IMG/VR virus record: IMGVR_UViG_3300038673_000730
Span: 1-27,654 of that record
DNA from: a virus
Taxonomy: Duplodnaviria; Caudoviricetes
Reading direction: 5' to 3' (one strand)
DNA length: 27,654 nt
The notes below the pieces were generated by a model. The model saw nothing but the letters and a program-made list of their open reading frames with translations. It was not told the origin of the DNA and ran no database searches. The translations under genes were made by a program, and so were the position numbers. Each line of letters opens with the position of its first letter. Within the stretch, counting starts at the first letter, position 1. This document shows, piece by piece, positions 16,085-25,069 of the stretch.

Positions 16085-17914
16085 ATGACGGACAACGAGA
16101 AACACGAATTATCTGAAATCGAATTATTGGAGAAGCGAATCGCCGACTTGCCCATCGGATATATCTCCAAGAAAACGATTAGAGGCAAGATAAGGTATTA
16201 TCATCAGTGGGTTGTAGATGGGAAGATAAAAAGCAAGTATGTTAGCGATGACGCCATGCCTGAACTTCAGAAGGAAATAGAAGAACGCCGGGAGCTGCAG
16301 GCACAGTTGAAAGAACTGAAAAAGTCCGACCCGCCCGCACCCAAAAAACCAGTAGTTTCTTTTGAGATGAATGCGGTCACCGGGCCTGGCCTGATTGCGT
16401 TGTCTAAGGGTGTTATGTCATGGGGAAAGCGGGATTGCTACAGGCAGCTTCAGGAATATCTATACAGCAACGCTTCCGACCGCGTCTGTCTGGTATTTGG
16501 ACTTCGCCGAACAGGGAAGACAACAATGCTTCGACAGGCTATCGGTGAAATGACGCCGGAGCAGGTTTCCAAGGCCGTGTATATCAAAGCAACCACCTCT
16601 GATACGATGGCGGCAATGAACCGCGATTTGGCAAAGCTGTCTGAACTCGGCTATCGCTATGTTTTCATTGACGAGGTCACTCTGATGAGCGACTTCATTG
16701 ATTCCGCCGCGCTGTTCTCCGACATCTATGCGGCGCAGGGGATGAAGATCGTCCTATCAGGTACCGATTCCCTGGGCTTTTGGTTTGCGCTCCATGCCGA
16801 GCTGTATGACCGGGCGTTGATGCTCCATACAACCTTCATTCCATTTCGTGAGCACAGTCGGCTTCTCGGCATCGACGATATCGACGAGTATATTCGCTAT
16901 GGCGGTACGCTCCGCGCCGGGGAACTCAGCTTTGACGATCCGGAGCTCAATACCGAGGATGCATCCTTTCGGGACGACGAATCCGCACGGCGGTATATCG
17001 ACAGCGCCATTTGCAAAAACATCCAGCACAGCCTCGCCTGCTGCGAGGATGGCGGTCATTTCCGCCATCTGCGTACTTTGTACGAAAAGGGTGAGTTAAC
17101 CGGCGCGATCAACCGCATCATTGAGGATATTAACCACAACTTTGTTCTCTCCGTGCTGACGAAGGACTTTGTTTCGCATGACCTGCGCTTGACGGCGCGG
17201 AATCTTCGCAACGAGCGCGATGAAGAAAAGCGGACGGATGTCCTCGACCGTCTTGACCTGACCTCTGTCACGAAGCAGCTCATGAAGCTACTTGAGATCC
17301 GCAACAAGGAGGAGCAGAATATCGGCATCACCGTGGCCCATGTAGCGGAGATAAAGGAATATCTCACGGCGCTCGACCTGATTGCGGATTGCCCGATGGA
17401 GACTGTGGTAAAGGGCGCTGAGCCTTTGGAGCATATCATCTTCACTCAGCCGGGCATGAGATACTGTCAAGCGCAGGCGCTTGTGTATTATCTGATGAAA
17501 GACGAGGAGTTTTTCTCGCTCAGTGAGTTCGAAAAGAAAACGGTCGCCGAGCGCATCTTGGAAGAAGTGCGTGGCCGGATGATGGAGGAGATCATTCTGC
17601 TCGAGACCTCCAAAGCGTTACCCACTCGATACCGCGTGTTCAAACTTCAGTTTGCATCCGGCGAGTTTGACATGGTCGTGTTTGACGGGGCGGAGAATAA
17701 TTGCCGCATCTATGAAATCAAGCACAGCGACCTCGTTGTGCCGGAGCAATATCGTCATCTGGTGGATGAGGAGAAATGTGCCGCGACGGAGAAGCGATTT
17801 GGCAAAATAGCGGGGAGGTATGTCCTGTATCGCGGGCCTTCGGGCGTAACGGAAAACACAGTCGCCTATTTGAACGCCTCAGATTATTTAAAGGGTCTAC
17901 CGAATTTCTTTTAA
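16085..17914 (+). CDS. AAA_14-type ATPase with C-terminal PD-(D/E)XK nuclease-like domain and basic N-terminal DNA-binding-like domain
   Basis: GLRRTGKTT, VFIDEV, SGT, YGG; GEFDMVV...YEIKHS; start ATG at 16085 after GGAGGTG. Confidence 0.85.
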   Translation: MTDNEKHELSEIELLEKRIADLPIGYISKKTIRGKIRYYHQWVVDGKIKSKYVSDDAMPELQKEIEERRELQAQLKELKKSDPPAPKKPVVSFEMNAVTGPGLIALSKGVMSWGKRDCYRQLQEYLYSNASDRVCLVFGLRRTGKTTMLRQAIGEMTPEQVSKAVYIKATTSDTMAAMNRDLAKLSELGYRYVFIDEVTLMSDFIDSAALFSDIYAAQGMKIVLSGTDSLGFWFALHAELYDRALMLHTTFIPFREHSRLLGIDDIDEYIRYGGTLRAGELSFDDPELNTEDASFRDDESARRYIDSAICKNIQHSLACCEDGGHFRHLRTLYEKGELTGAINRIIEDINHNFVLSVLTKDFVSHDLRLTARNLRNERDEEKRTDVLDRLDLTSVTKQLMKLLEIRNKEEQNIGITVAHVAEIKEYLTALDLIADCPMETVVKGAEPLEHIIFTQPGMRYCQAQALVYYLMKDEEFFSLSEFEKKTVAERILEEVRGRMMEEIILLETSKALPTRYRVFKLQFASGEFDMVVFDGAENNCRIYEIKHSDLVVPEQYRHLVDEEKCAATEKRFGKIAGRYVLYRGPSGVTENTVAYLNASDYLKGLPNFF

Positions 17915-17929
17915 ACAAGCATATATCAT

Positions 17930-17965
17930 CAGCGGCCGAAGCATCGCAAGATGTCTCGGCCGCTG
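17930..17965. terminator. Hairpin between convergent genes
   Basis: CAGCGGCCGA / TCGGCCGCTG stem. Confidence 0.6.
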
Positions 17966-17991
17966 TCATTTTCAAATTCAGCCGTACCGGG

Positions 17992-19644
17992 TTATCGGGT
18001 GCTTCGTATCATTCGAATGTTGGGGTCAATACCTTGGAGATATTGCATGCCGCCGTAAAACCGAATCAGCAGATGTTCTCTGTCAATTATTTTGATCGTA
18101 TCTATGAGCTGCCGCACCAACACATCATTGTAGGCGTTCATTTCTCCGGAACAGTTTTCCAGTTCCTCGCAAATGCCTCTCAGCTTATTGTCAATCACAT
18201 GGTTGCGGTTGCTCGCTTCTTTTTGCTGAACCAGCGATGTGTTGAGCTCTGCGATTTGATCCGACATAGCCTTGAGTCGTTCTTCATTTTCTGTGAGGCA
18301 GTTCTTGCTGATGCACTCTGTCATCAGTCGCATGACCTCTGCTTTAAGAGTCCGTATTTGAGATTCGAGATATTCTGTGTCTACGCTTTCTGGGCTGTCT
18401 TCCACGAAGGAGCGTTCAAGCTGTCCTACAAGATATGGCGTAAGGGCTTGCCTGTCGTGACGAGTCGCCGCGAATGCCTCGACAATGGCGGCGTGGAGGC
18501 TTTCTTCATCGATTGTGGGCGAGTTCTTGCAGTACTTGGTACCGTAGTCGTAGCGGCTGGTACAGCGCCACACGACCTTCTTTACGCCATTCTTTGTCCA
18601 CACGATCCGCTTGTATGGCGCGCCGCACTCGCCGCATATGAGCTTCTCCGTAAGGGCATACGCGCTGCTGTATCTTCCCAGCTCGGTAATTGCCTTGGCG
18701 GACGCCTTTCTGATCGAACTGCGCCTTGCCCGTTCCAGTTGCGCACGCTCAAAATCGCTTCGATCCACAATTGCGGGATGATTGTTTTTGATGAAGACTT
18801 TTGGCAGCTCTCCGTTGTTTTTCTTTACTTTTTTGCTGATGGGGTCTGTCACATAAGTCTTTTGGAGAACAACATCTCCGCAAAAGCGTTCGTTTTCAAG
18901 GATGTTCTGTATCGTTGTCTTGGTCCACGCAGTCCCTTTCCTCGGGGCGGGTACGCCGTCATTTTCAAGCGTCATGCGGATAGCGTCCACGCTATCTCCG
19001 AGCAGGTAGCGTTTGTATATGCGTCTGACAACCTCGGCTTCTTCAGGCACGATTTCCGGTTTTCCGTCCTCGCCCTTCTTAAAGGCGTAGATCGTATTGT
19101 AGGGAAAAAAGTCTTTTCCCTCTTTCATCGCCATTCGTTTGCCCATCTTGACATTTGCCGATAGCGAGTTGAGTTCTTCCTGCGCAAGACTTGAGAGTAT
19201 GGTCAGGATGACCTCGCTGGTGCAGTCCAGCGAATTAATCCCTTCCTTTTCGAACAGCACGCCAATACCCATTGCCTTGAGCTTTCGAACATAGCCGATG
19301 CTGTCGAGCGTGTTGCGTGCAAATCGGCTGATGGACTTCGTAATGATGAGGTCTATTTTTCCCGCTTTGCAGTGCCGGTACATTTTCATGAAGTCAGGTC
19401 GTTTTTCAGCGGTTGCACCGCTGATGCCTGAATCGGCGTAGATGCCCGCAAGCGACCATTCCGGCGTTCCTACGATCAGATCGGAGTAGTACTTCTTTTG
19501 AGATTCATAACTCATGAGCTGCTCGTCTTGCTCGGTCGAGACTCTGCAATAGCCGGCGACTCTGAGCTGGCGGTCAAGTGACCGCTGGTTTCCTTTGTGA
19601 ATGGTTGCCGGGATGATAATGATCTCTTTTTTAGGCGAGTCCAT
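17992..19644 (-). CDS. Large serine recombinase (resolvase + recombinase + zinc ribbon)
   Basis: VAGYCRVST, KSISRFARN, CGECG...WRC, coiled coil. Confidence 0.95.
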   Translation of the reverse strand: MDSPKKEIIIIPATIHKGNQRSLDRQLRVAGYCRVSTEQDEQLMSYESQKKYYSDLIVGTPEWSLAGIYADSGISGATAEKRPDFMKMYRHCKAGKIDLIITKSISRFARNTLDSIGYVRKLKAMGIGVLFEKEGINSLDCTSEVILTILSSLAQEELNSLSANVKMGKRMAMKEGKDFFPYNTIYAFKKGEDGKPEIVPEEAEVVRRIYKRYLLGDSVDAIRMTLENDGVPAPRKGTAWTKTTIQNILENERFCGDVVLQKTYVTDPISKKVKKNNGELPKVFIKNNHPAIVDRSDFERAQLERARRSSIRKASAKAITELGRYSSAYALTEKLICGECGAPYKRIVWTKNGVKKVVWRCTSRYDYGTKYCKNSPTIDEESLHAAIVEAFAATRHDRQALTPYLVGQLERSFVEDSPESVDTEYLESQIRTLKAEVMRLMTECISKNCLTENEERLKAMSDQIAELNTSLVQQKEASNRNHVIDNKLRGICEELENCSGEMNAYNDVLVRQLIDTIKIIDREHLLIRFYGGMQYLQGIDPNIRMIRSTR

Positions 19645-19647
19645 GTT

Positions 19648-20490
19648 CTAAACTCCTTCCGTGTAGATTTGCCCACTTTTCAGTTCTAATGATATTGTTA
19701 CGGCAGCAGATATTTTGATGTTCTCCGCTACTGCTATTATCATTTCTGCGTCTGCATCCGATTCTCGCTTCAGCGCCTCGATCTTCTTTTGTAGAGCGGT
19801 AGCGACCGCAGCGCCGTCATCGCAGGCGTCATATCTGGATGTCGCCAAGCGAATAATCAGTTCCTTTACCGCACCCTCGTTTTGTATTTCGCCCTCCAGA
19901 AGTTCATCGATGTTGTTCTTGAGTCTGGCAAGCTGGAGCGCTGATTCTGATAATTTCACTGTGTCCGGGTGAAGAATAGCAGGATTGTTTTTGATTGCGC
20001 TCGCTATTCTTGATACCGCGTCCAGTATGTATTCGTCGGTCACCGAACTGGGTATGTGGGCATTATCATTTTTGCAATACCACCGCGTCTTTCCATTGGC
20101 GTGAATGCGTCGTGCCAGAGCGGAGCCGCATTCGCCGCATACAAGCAGCTTTCCTATTTTTCGCAACGAGGGGGATTCTGAATAATTGAGCTTTTTCTGT
20201 GCCGCTCTCGCTGCGCTATAGGTTTGCGGCTCCAGAATCGAGGGGTATTTGTTTGTTCCGAGGTAGTCCTCATTCTGAAGGAGACGGGCTATCATGTTTT
20301 TGTTCCATATCGGTTTTGCCGGGGTATATGAGATCCCGTCCGCAGTAAGCGCTTCTGCAATGGCCTTGTATGACGCACCGCAGGCATACTCATGGAAGAT
20401 GCGGCGCACAGCGTCTGCCTCTGCCTCGTTAAGCGTGACAGCACCGTTTTCTACCTTGTACCCGAATGGAAGCATTCTGTTCTTTGCCAC
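19648..20490 (-). CDS. Recombinase-domain + zinc-ribbon protein lacking the catalytic domain (middle gene of triplet)
   Basis: Begins at PFGY...EAEADAVRRIF; CGECG...WYC; no YxRxS. Confidence 0.88.
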   Translation of the reverse strand: MAKNRMLPFGYKVENGAVTLNEAEADAVRRIFHEYACGASYKAIAEALTADGISYTPAKPIWNKNMIARLLQNEDYLGTNKYPSILEPQTYSAARAAQKKLNYSESPSLRKIGKLLVCGECGSALARRIHANGKTRWYCKNDNAHIPSSVTDEYILDAVSRIASAIKNNPAILHPDTVKLSESALQLARLKNNIDELLEGEIQNEGAVKELIIRLATSRYDACDDGAAVATALQKKIEALKRESDADAEMIIAVAENIKISAAVTISLELKSGQIYTEGV

Positions 20491-22088
20491 TATTTCACCG
20501 TCCTTACTAACCGCTCTTTGAGTTCCAGCCCATTGGCTATGTGAAAGGTCAGGATATCGCCGTTGATCGTGATCTGTTCGACGATGTCAGCAAACAAGGC
20601 TTCGTCCATACCACCGAGATGTGTGGGGCCATCTTCCAGTACGCCAATCAAATCTTCCGTTTGTTCGATAATTTCGTCGCCGTCCTGGGCGCTCTGGAGC
20701 TTAGATTTTGCTATTCTCAGTGCGCGGAGCTTATCCTTGAGCTCATCCTGCTGAGATAAAAAGAGAGCAGTATCAAGGATTCCGCGGGCCATCAGCCCGT
20801 TCATCACATGATTCTGCTCTGAGAGTTCGGCAATTTGTTTGTTGATCGTCCGTATCTCCGGATTGCCTCGGTTTCGGGAATCGCGCAGCTTTTCGAGCTG
20901 CTCCAGCATGTCGCCGAGGATTCGGTCGCCATTTTTCTTTAACTTGTTGTACAGCTTTGCGAATGCTATATCAAGATCCGGTTCGGCAATTCGCTCTGCC
21001 GAGCAGTAGTCACTGCTCTCATCGTGGAGACGGCAAACCCAGTACACCTTGCCCTTGGTCACTCTGCGTCGGTAGGTTTTACCGCATTCTCCGCATCTGA
21101 GCTTTACGCTATAGGGATACAACTGTTCTGCTACTCCGGCTGCTCCGCTATGCTTCTGCTCCAGAAGTAGATTGGCGAGTTTGAAGGATACCGGTTCTAT
21201 GATTGCCTCATGGGTGCCGGAGACATATACTTTTTCCAGTTCTCCACGGTTCTTGACCTTCTTGTAAGGCAGGGCATCCGTTTTGAAGTTCTTTTGCAGG
21301 AGCATATCTCCAATATAGCGTTCATTGCGGAGCATAGAGTAAATGGTCTTTGCTCTCCACTTGACGCCGCCGTCTTTACGGGCGACACCATCCTCCGTCA
21401 GTCCTCTGGCGATTTCATACCCGTTGCTGCCGGAGAGGTATTCCCTGAATATTCGCCGGACGATTTCAGCTTCTGGCTCACAGATCTGAGGAAGCTTGTC
21501 GATCAGCCTGTACCCATAGGGAACGCTGGAGGACACATAGTCGCCATTGCGCATATGCATCCGATTGCCTCGCCGTTTGTTTTCTGCGATGTTTTGGGAT
21601 TCTTCCTGTGCAAAGGCAGAATACAGGGTGAGAAGCACTTCGCTGGTTATGACGCCTGTGTCGATGCCCTCTTTTTCGAACAGGACGGATACTCCGATAT
21701 CCTTGAGTTCCCGCACAGCGGTGAGGGAATCCATCACATTTCTGGCGAACCGGCTTGTAGACTTTGTAATGATGCGGTCGATCAGACCGCGACGACAGTC
21801 AGCCATCATACGGTTGAAATCGTCACGCTTCTCGGTAGAAGTTCCTGTGACCGCCTCATCAGCATAGACCTCGACAAACTCCCATTTGTCGTTCTTTGAG
21901 ATGAGATCTGTGTAGTATCGGCATTGCGCGGCGTAGGAGTTTAGCTGGTCGTCACTATCGCTGCTCACTCGTGCATAGCCGGCCACTCTCGGCTTTATGG
22001 CTGTGGCTTGTGCCTTGGGGGAGATATAGATGACTTCTCTTTTGCCGTCGAGAGCGTTGGAGCCCACGACCTCACGATTTGTTGTCAT
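20490..22088 (-). CDS. Large serine recombinase
   Basis: VAGYARVSS, KSTSRFARN, PYGY, CGECG; start MTTNR at 22088 with SD GGGAGG. Confidence 0.95.
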   Translation of the reverse strand: MTTNREVVGSNALDGKREVIYISPKAQATAIKPRVAGYARVSSDSDDQLNSYAAQCRYYTDLISKNDKWEFVEVYADEAVTGTSTEKRDDFNRMMADCRRGLIDRIITKSTSRFARNVMDSLTAVRELKDIGVSVLFEKEGIDTGVITSEVLLTLYSAFAQEESQNIAENKRRGNRMHMRNGDYVSSSVPYGYRLIDKLPQICEPEAEIVRRIFREYLSGSNGYEIARGLTEDGVARKDGGVKWRAKTIYSMLRNERYIGDMLLQKNFKTDALPYKKVKNRGELEKVYVSGTHEAIIEPVSFKLANLLLEQKHSGAAGVAEQLYPYSVKLRCGECGKTYRRRVTKGKVYWVCRLHDESSDYCSAERIAEPDLDIAFAKLYNKLKKNGDRILGDMLEQLEKLRDSRNRGNPEIRTINKQIAELSEQNHVMNGLMARGILDTALFLSQQDELKDKLRALRIAKSKLQSAQDGDEIIEQTEDLIGVLEDGPTHLGGMDEALFADIVEQITINGDILTFHIANGLELKERLVRTVK

Positions 22089-22154
22089 TGCATTCCCTCC
22101 CTTCAGCAACACACAATACCATCAAAGTTCGGGAATAGCTATACCCAAACTGAA

Positions 22155-22313
22155 TTAAATAAACAAAAGCGAGAGTTCATTTTCATCTGCTATCCGCTGC
22201 GCTGCACGGGCCTTGTGCTCCTCTGTGATAAGCCCGAGCTCAACAAGATGGTTCATCATCAGAAGAAGGTATCCAAAGTCCACGATGTTCAATCTGTCAA
22301 TGTTGTTGCCCAT
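22155..22313 (-). CDS. Small SHOCT-like protein preceding the recombinase triplet
   Basis: Start MGNN at 22313 (SD AGGAGG); LVELGLITEEH motif. Confidence 0.65.
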   Translation of the reverse strand: MGNNIDRLNIVDFGYLLLMMNHLVELGLITEEHKARAAQRIADENELSLLFI

Positions 22314-22449
22314 GTTTTTCCTCCTGACTTCTCGTTTCGCCTGGTACTGCAATGAAAGAATGGGGTCGCTCATTTCGCTCAATCAAGCTGTGTCACAATG
22401 GCCTTGTAGCGTGAGCGACCCCCATCTTTTCGGGTGTCAAGTTATCTCA

Positions 22450-23232
22450 TCAGAATCTCATAGGAAGTTTGCCTTTCCTGCTTGCACCGTTGTAGATACG
22501 GTAGACCTGATTGAGATATTTCTTGGAGCCGGGAAGATTGACGTCTGTTCTGCCGCTGCGGTAAACGGCGATAGGGTCAACAGCGCGAAGTTTGCTGATC
22601 AGTCGTTTGCGGTCATACTCCCGGTGGTACAGTTCCACAAAAGCGAGGACGCCCACCAGCGTTTCCGCACGAAGCGATTCAGGCGCGCCGCCCCATGCAG
22701 ACTGAAGAATACCGAGTGCTTCCTTGTACAGCTCTGCGCCGACTCTTTTGAACTCGGAAAAAGCTGTGTTGATGCAAATGATACGGTTGTTGCCACACCC
22801 TTGCTCAAAGCCGAGGTGAAAGCCAGCCGCTTCCGTTGCATGAAGGAAGGCGACGGCATCGGGATCTCCCGCAAAGATCAAAGCGCGCATTTCTGCGCTG
22901 GCCGTCAGTGGGGCGGACTCGCCGGTCTGCTGTGCAAAGAGCAGAGCTTCATCACGTTCGGTCAAACCGCGATAGACCTTGCATCGGATGATAGTATCCC
23001 GCCCACCATTAACCTTAACTCTGGCGGCAATGGTGTGCTGCCCATCGAATACATAATACACATCGTCACGAAAGCTCACCTTCGGTTCGTTGGCAATGTG
23101 TTCGTCAAACTCAGCGGCAATGCGTGCGACACGACCGGGACGAAGCCTCCGCTGATAGTCTTGTGGAATGACGAGCTTCTTGCTGTTAATGTACATTATT
23201 TCAAAGGGCATTTCTGTGTGTTCCATTTTCAT
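22450..23232 (-). CDS. ParB/Srx-like protein (DUF6551-like)
   Basis: YQRRL...F...P.VS.R...FDGQHT...EALLF. Confidence 0.75.
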   Translation of the reverse strand: MKMEHTEMPFEIMYINSKKLVIPQDYQRRLRPGRVARIAAEFDEHIANEPKVSFRDDVYYVFDGQHTIAARVKVNGGRDTIIRCKVYRGLTERDEALLFAQQTGESAPLTASAEMRALIFAGDPDAVAFLHATEAAGFHLGFEQGCGNNRIICINTAFSEFKRVGAELYKEALGILQSAWGGAPESLRAETLVGVLAFVELYHREYDRKRLISKLRAVDPIAVYRSGRTDVNLPGSKKYLNQVYRIYNGASRKGKLPMRF

Positions 23233-24149
23233 TCTCCTTCTATTCCTAAAATGTATTGTTTTGGCTCTTGCATGATTTCAATGACTTTGGCTTTGTATTC
23301 GTGATCTGCAAGTAAGCGGGGAAAATCAGAAAAAAGAGTGTCACAGACACGGATCATATCTGTTACAGCTCCGCGCAGGGTATCCAAAATGTAGTCCTCG
23401 TTGGCCGGAGTTGGGGTATCGCTGGGTAACATGCTGGCGTATATGTCGCGGATCTCCTTCATTTCTTGCCGCACTTCTTTTCTTGATGGTTTGGTCTGCG
23501 GCTTCTCTTTTGGCAGGCGCAGTTCTTCTGCTTTTTGGCGGCGTTCTTCAGGCTGGGCTTTTGCAACAGCGGCAACCGCTTTCTGTGAGGGCTTTATGGT
23601 ACCGGTGAGGATTTCTTGCTTAATTCCCGGTAGAACTTCTTCAGCGGCATTAACACCTTTAGCATAGCGGCTGGCGTTTTCTACAGCGCCTTGGCTAATA
23701 CCAACTTCATCGGCAATTCTTTTCCGTGTACGAGTTTCGGCCGGTAAGTGACAACTGTTGTCACTTACCGACTTGCGGGTTTGATTGCCGCGGAACCCAT
23801 CGCTTGCACCGTGAGCCTTTTTTTCAGCCTCATACCGCTCTCCAACAAGATATGTCTTCTGCTGCACAGTCAAATTTCTGCGTCCAAGCTGATTCTTGCA
23901 GATCCATGCGATGGCCTCGTAACGATTGGTGAACGCCTTATCACGAGTACTATATTTGACCTTTGGATTTTCCTGCGCTATCTTATAGCGGTTGTGGCCG
24001 TCAATGATCACGCCGTTCCAAACGATGAGCGGCATGAGCACCTCGCCCTCGGCGATGATGTTTTCCTTCAACTGCTCATATTCTTCATCTGTCAGTGGCG
24101 GACACATCGACTCAAACTCGGGATCGATCTTCAAAACGGCGTTCATCAC
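23229..24149 (-). CDS. ParB N-terminal-like domain protein with HTH
   Basis: IDPEF...PPLT.EEY.QL..I..EG...IIDGHNRY...NQLGRRNL; IADEVGISQGAV. Confidence 0.8.
   Translation of the reverse strand: MMNAVLKIDPEFESMCPPLTDEEYEQLKENIIAEGEVLMPLIVWNGVIIDGHNRYKIAQENPKVKYSTRDKAFTNRYEAIAWICKNQLGRRNLTVQQKTYLVGERYEAEKKAHGASDGFRGNQTRKSVSDNSCHLPAETRTRKRIADEVGISQGAVENASRYAKGVNAAEEVLPGIKQEILTGTIKPSQKAVAAVAKAQPEERRQKAEELRLPKEKPQTKPSRKEVRQEMKEIRDIYASMLPSDTPTPANEDYILDTLRGAVTDMIRVCDTLFSDFPRLLADHEYKAKVIEIMQEPKQYILGIEGE
23742..23770. repeat. Intragenic 29-bp palindrome CGGTAAGTGACAAC-T-GTTGTCACTTACCG
   Basis: Perfect 14-bp arms; encodes SVSDNSCHLP. Confidence 0.9.
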
Positions 24150-24541
24150 GGAGCCTCCACTTCAGTGGGCAGATAAGCGTCCTCATCCAGCCGAAGGCTG
24201 ACGCGCAGGGCGGCGTCGATCTGCTCCATCTGTTCCGAGGTGAGCTTGCCCGCATAGCTGCAGATTCGGCGTTTGTCGATGGTCCGCAACACCTCCAACA
24301 TGAAAACGGATGCATCCGGCAAGCCCTCAATGTCTGACAGCTCCACATGGGTGGGCATGTTCTGCTTCCTGTGCTTCTGGGTGGTGGCCGCTGTGACGAT
24401 GATCGTCGGAGAATAGTAGTTTCCGACGTCATTCTGCAAAATTAGGACAGGGCGTGTACCCCCTTGCTCATGACCAAAGGTGGGGTCAAGCTGAGCATAG
24501 TAGATCTCGCCGCGGTAAAAGTCGTGATAGTTCTGGTTCAT
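24146..24541 (-). CDS. PemK/MazF-family toxin-like protein with no adjacent antitoxin gene
   Basis: RGEIYYAQL.P..GHEQGGTRPVLILQNDVGNYYSPTIIV...E.LRTIDKRR; start MNQNY at 24541 with SD GGAGGT. Confidence 0.9.
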   Translation of the reverse strand: MNQNYHDFYRGEIYYAQLDPTFGHEQGGTRPVLILQNDVGNYYSPTIIVTAATTQKHRKQNMPTHVELSDIEGLPDASVFMLEVLRTIDKRRICSYAGKLTSEQMEQIDAALRVSLRLDEDAYLPTEVEAP

Positions 24542-24574
24542 GCGATATACCTCCATCAACTGTTTCTATGTAAG

Positions 24575-25000
24575 TATGGAGGCCGCCCGATTGTGGCTGG
24601 ACAAGCATCAGCTTGCTATAGCATTCCGGGCGGCCTCCATATTCTTAATGCTTATTGGCTTTATTCGACACTACTCCCCAAGCCATGGGCGACGACGGGA
24701 ACAGCGGCTGGCGCCGCTTCACAGGCTTTTCACCTCCCCGAGGATCTCTCCGGGCTGCCCTCCTTGCGTGATCCCCATAATGGGGGCTGGGACGGGACAG
24801 GAGTACCATTGTTAACTGACAAGGTTATTGCAAAACAGCTTGCCACGGCTGTCTTTCGGTCGGATGGGTACCGCTCGCACCTCCTTGGCCGTCTTTTCCA
24901 GCGGGCTATTCCCGCCGTAGGTGGTCTTGGCGCATCCTCCGCTGTCGCTTTTCCCTTTCGGGCTTGTCAGCTGATGTATTCAGGTCGTCGGATATGACCG
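24575..25000 (-). ncRNA. Candidate large structured RNA/leader
   Basis: No credible ORF; many nested stems, including a 15-bp perfect stem and a 10-bp long-range stem (see findings). Confidence 0.55.
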
Positions 25001-25069
25001 CAGAAGCGGTGTTTCTCAAAGTTCAATGCGAGGTGCATGATGGGTAGTCCCATTTTTCCCTCTCACTTT

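Noticed and set aside
17776-19164. 462-aa plus-strand ORF
   Set aside because: Antisense shadow of a clear serine recombinase; no SD and no recognisable motifs.
22213-23304. 363-aa plus-strand ORF
   Set aside because: Antisense to the DUF6551-like gene; no motif support.
24464-24997. 177-aa plus-strand ORF over the structured region
   Set aside because: Non-ATG start, antisense to the operon, overlaps pemK, no motifs; better explained by GC-rich RNA structure.
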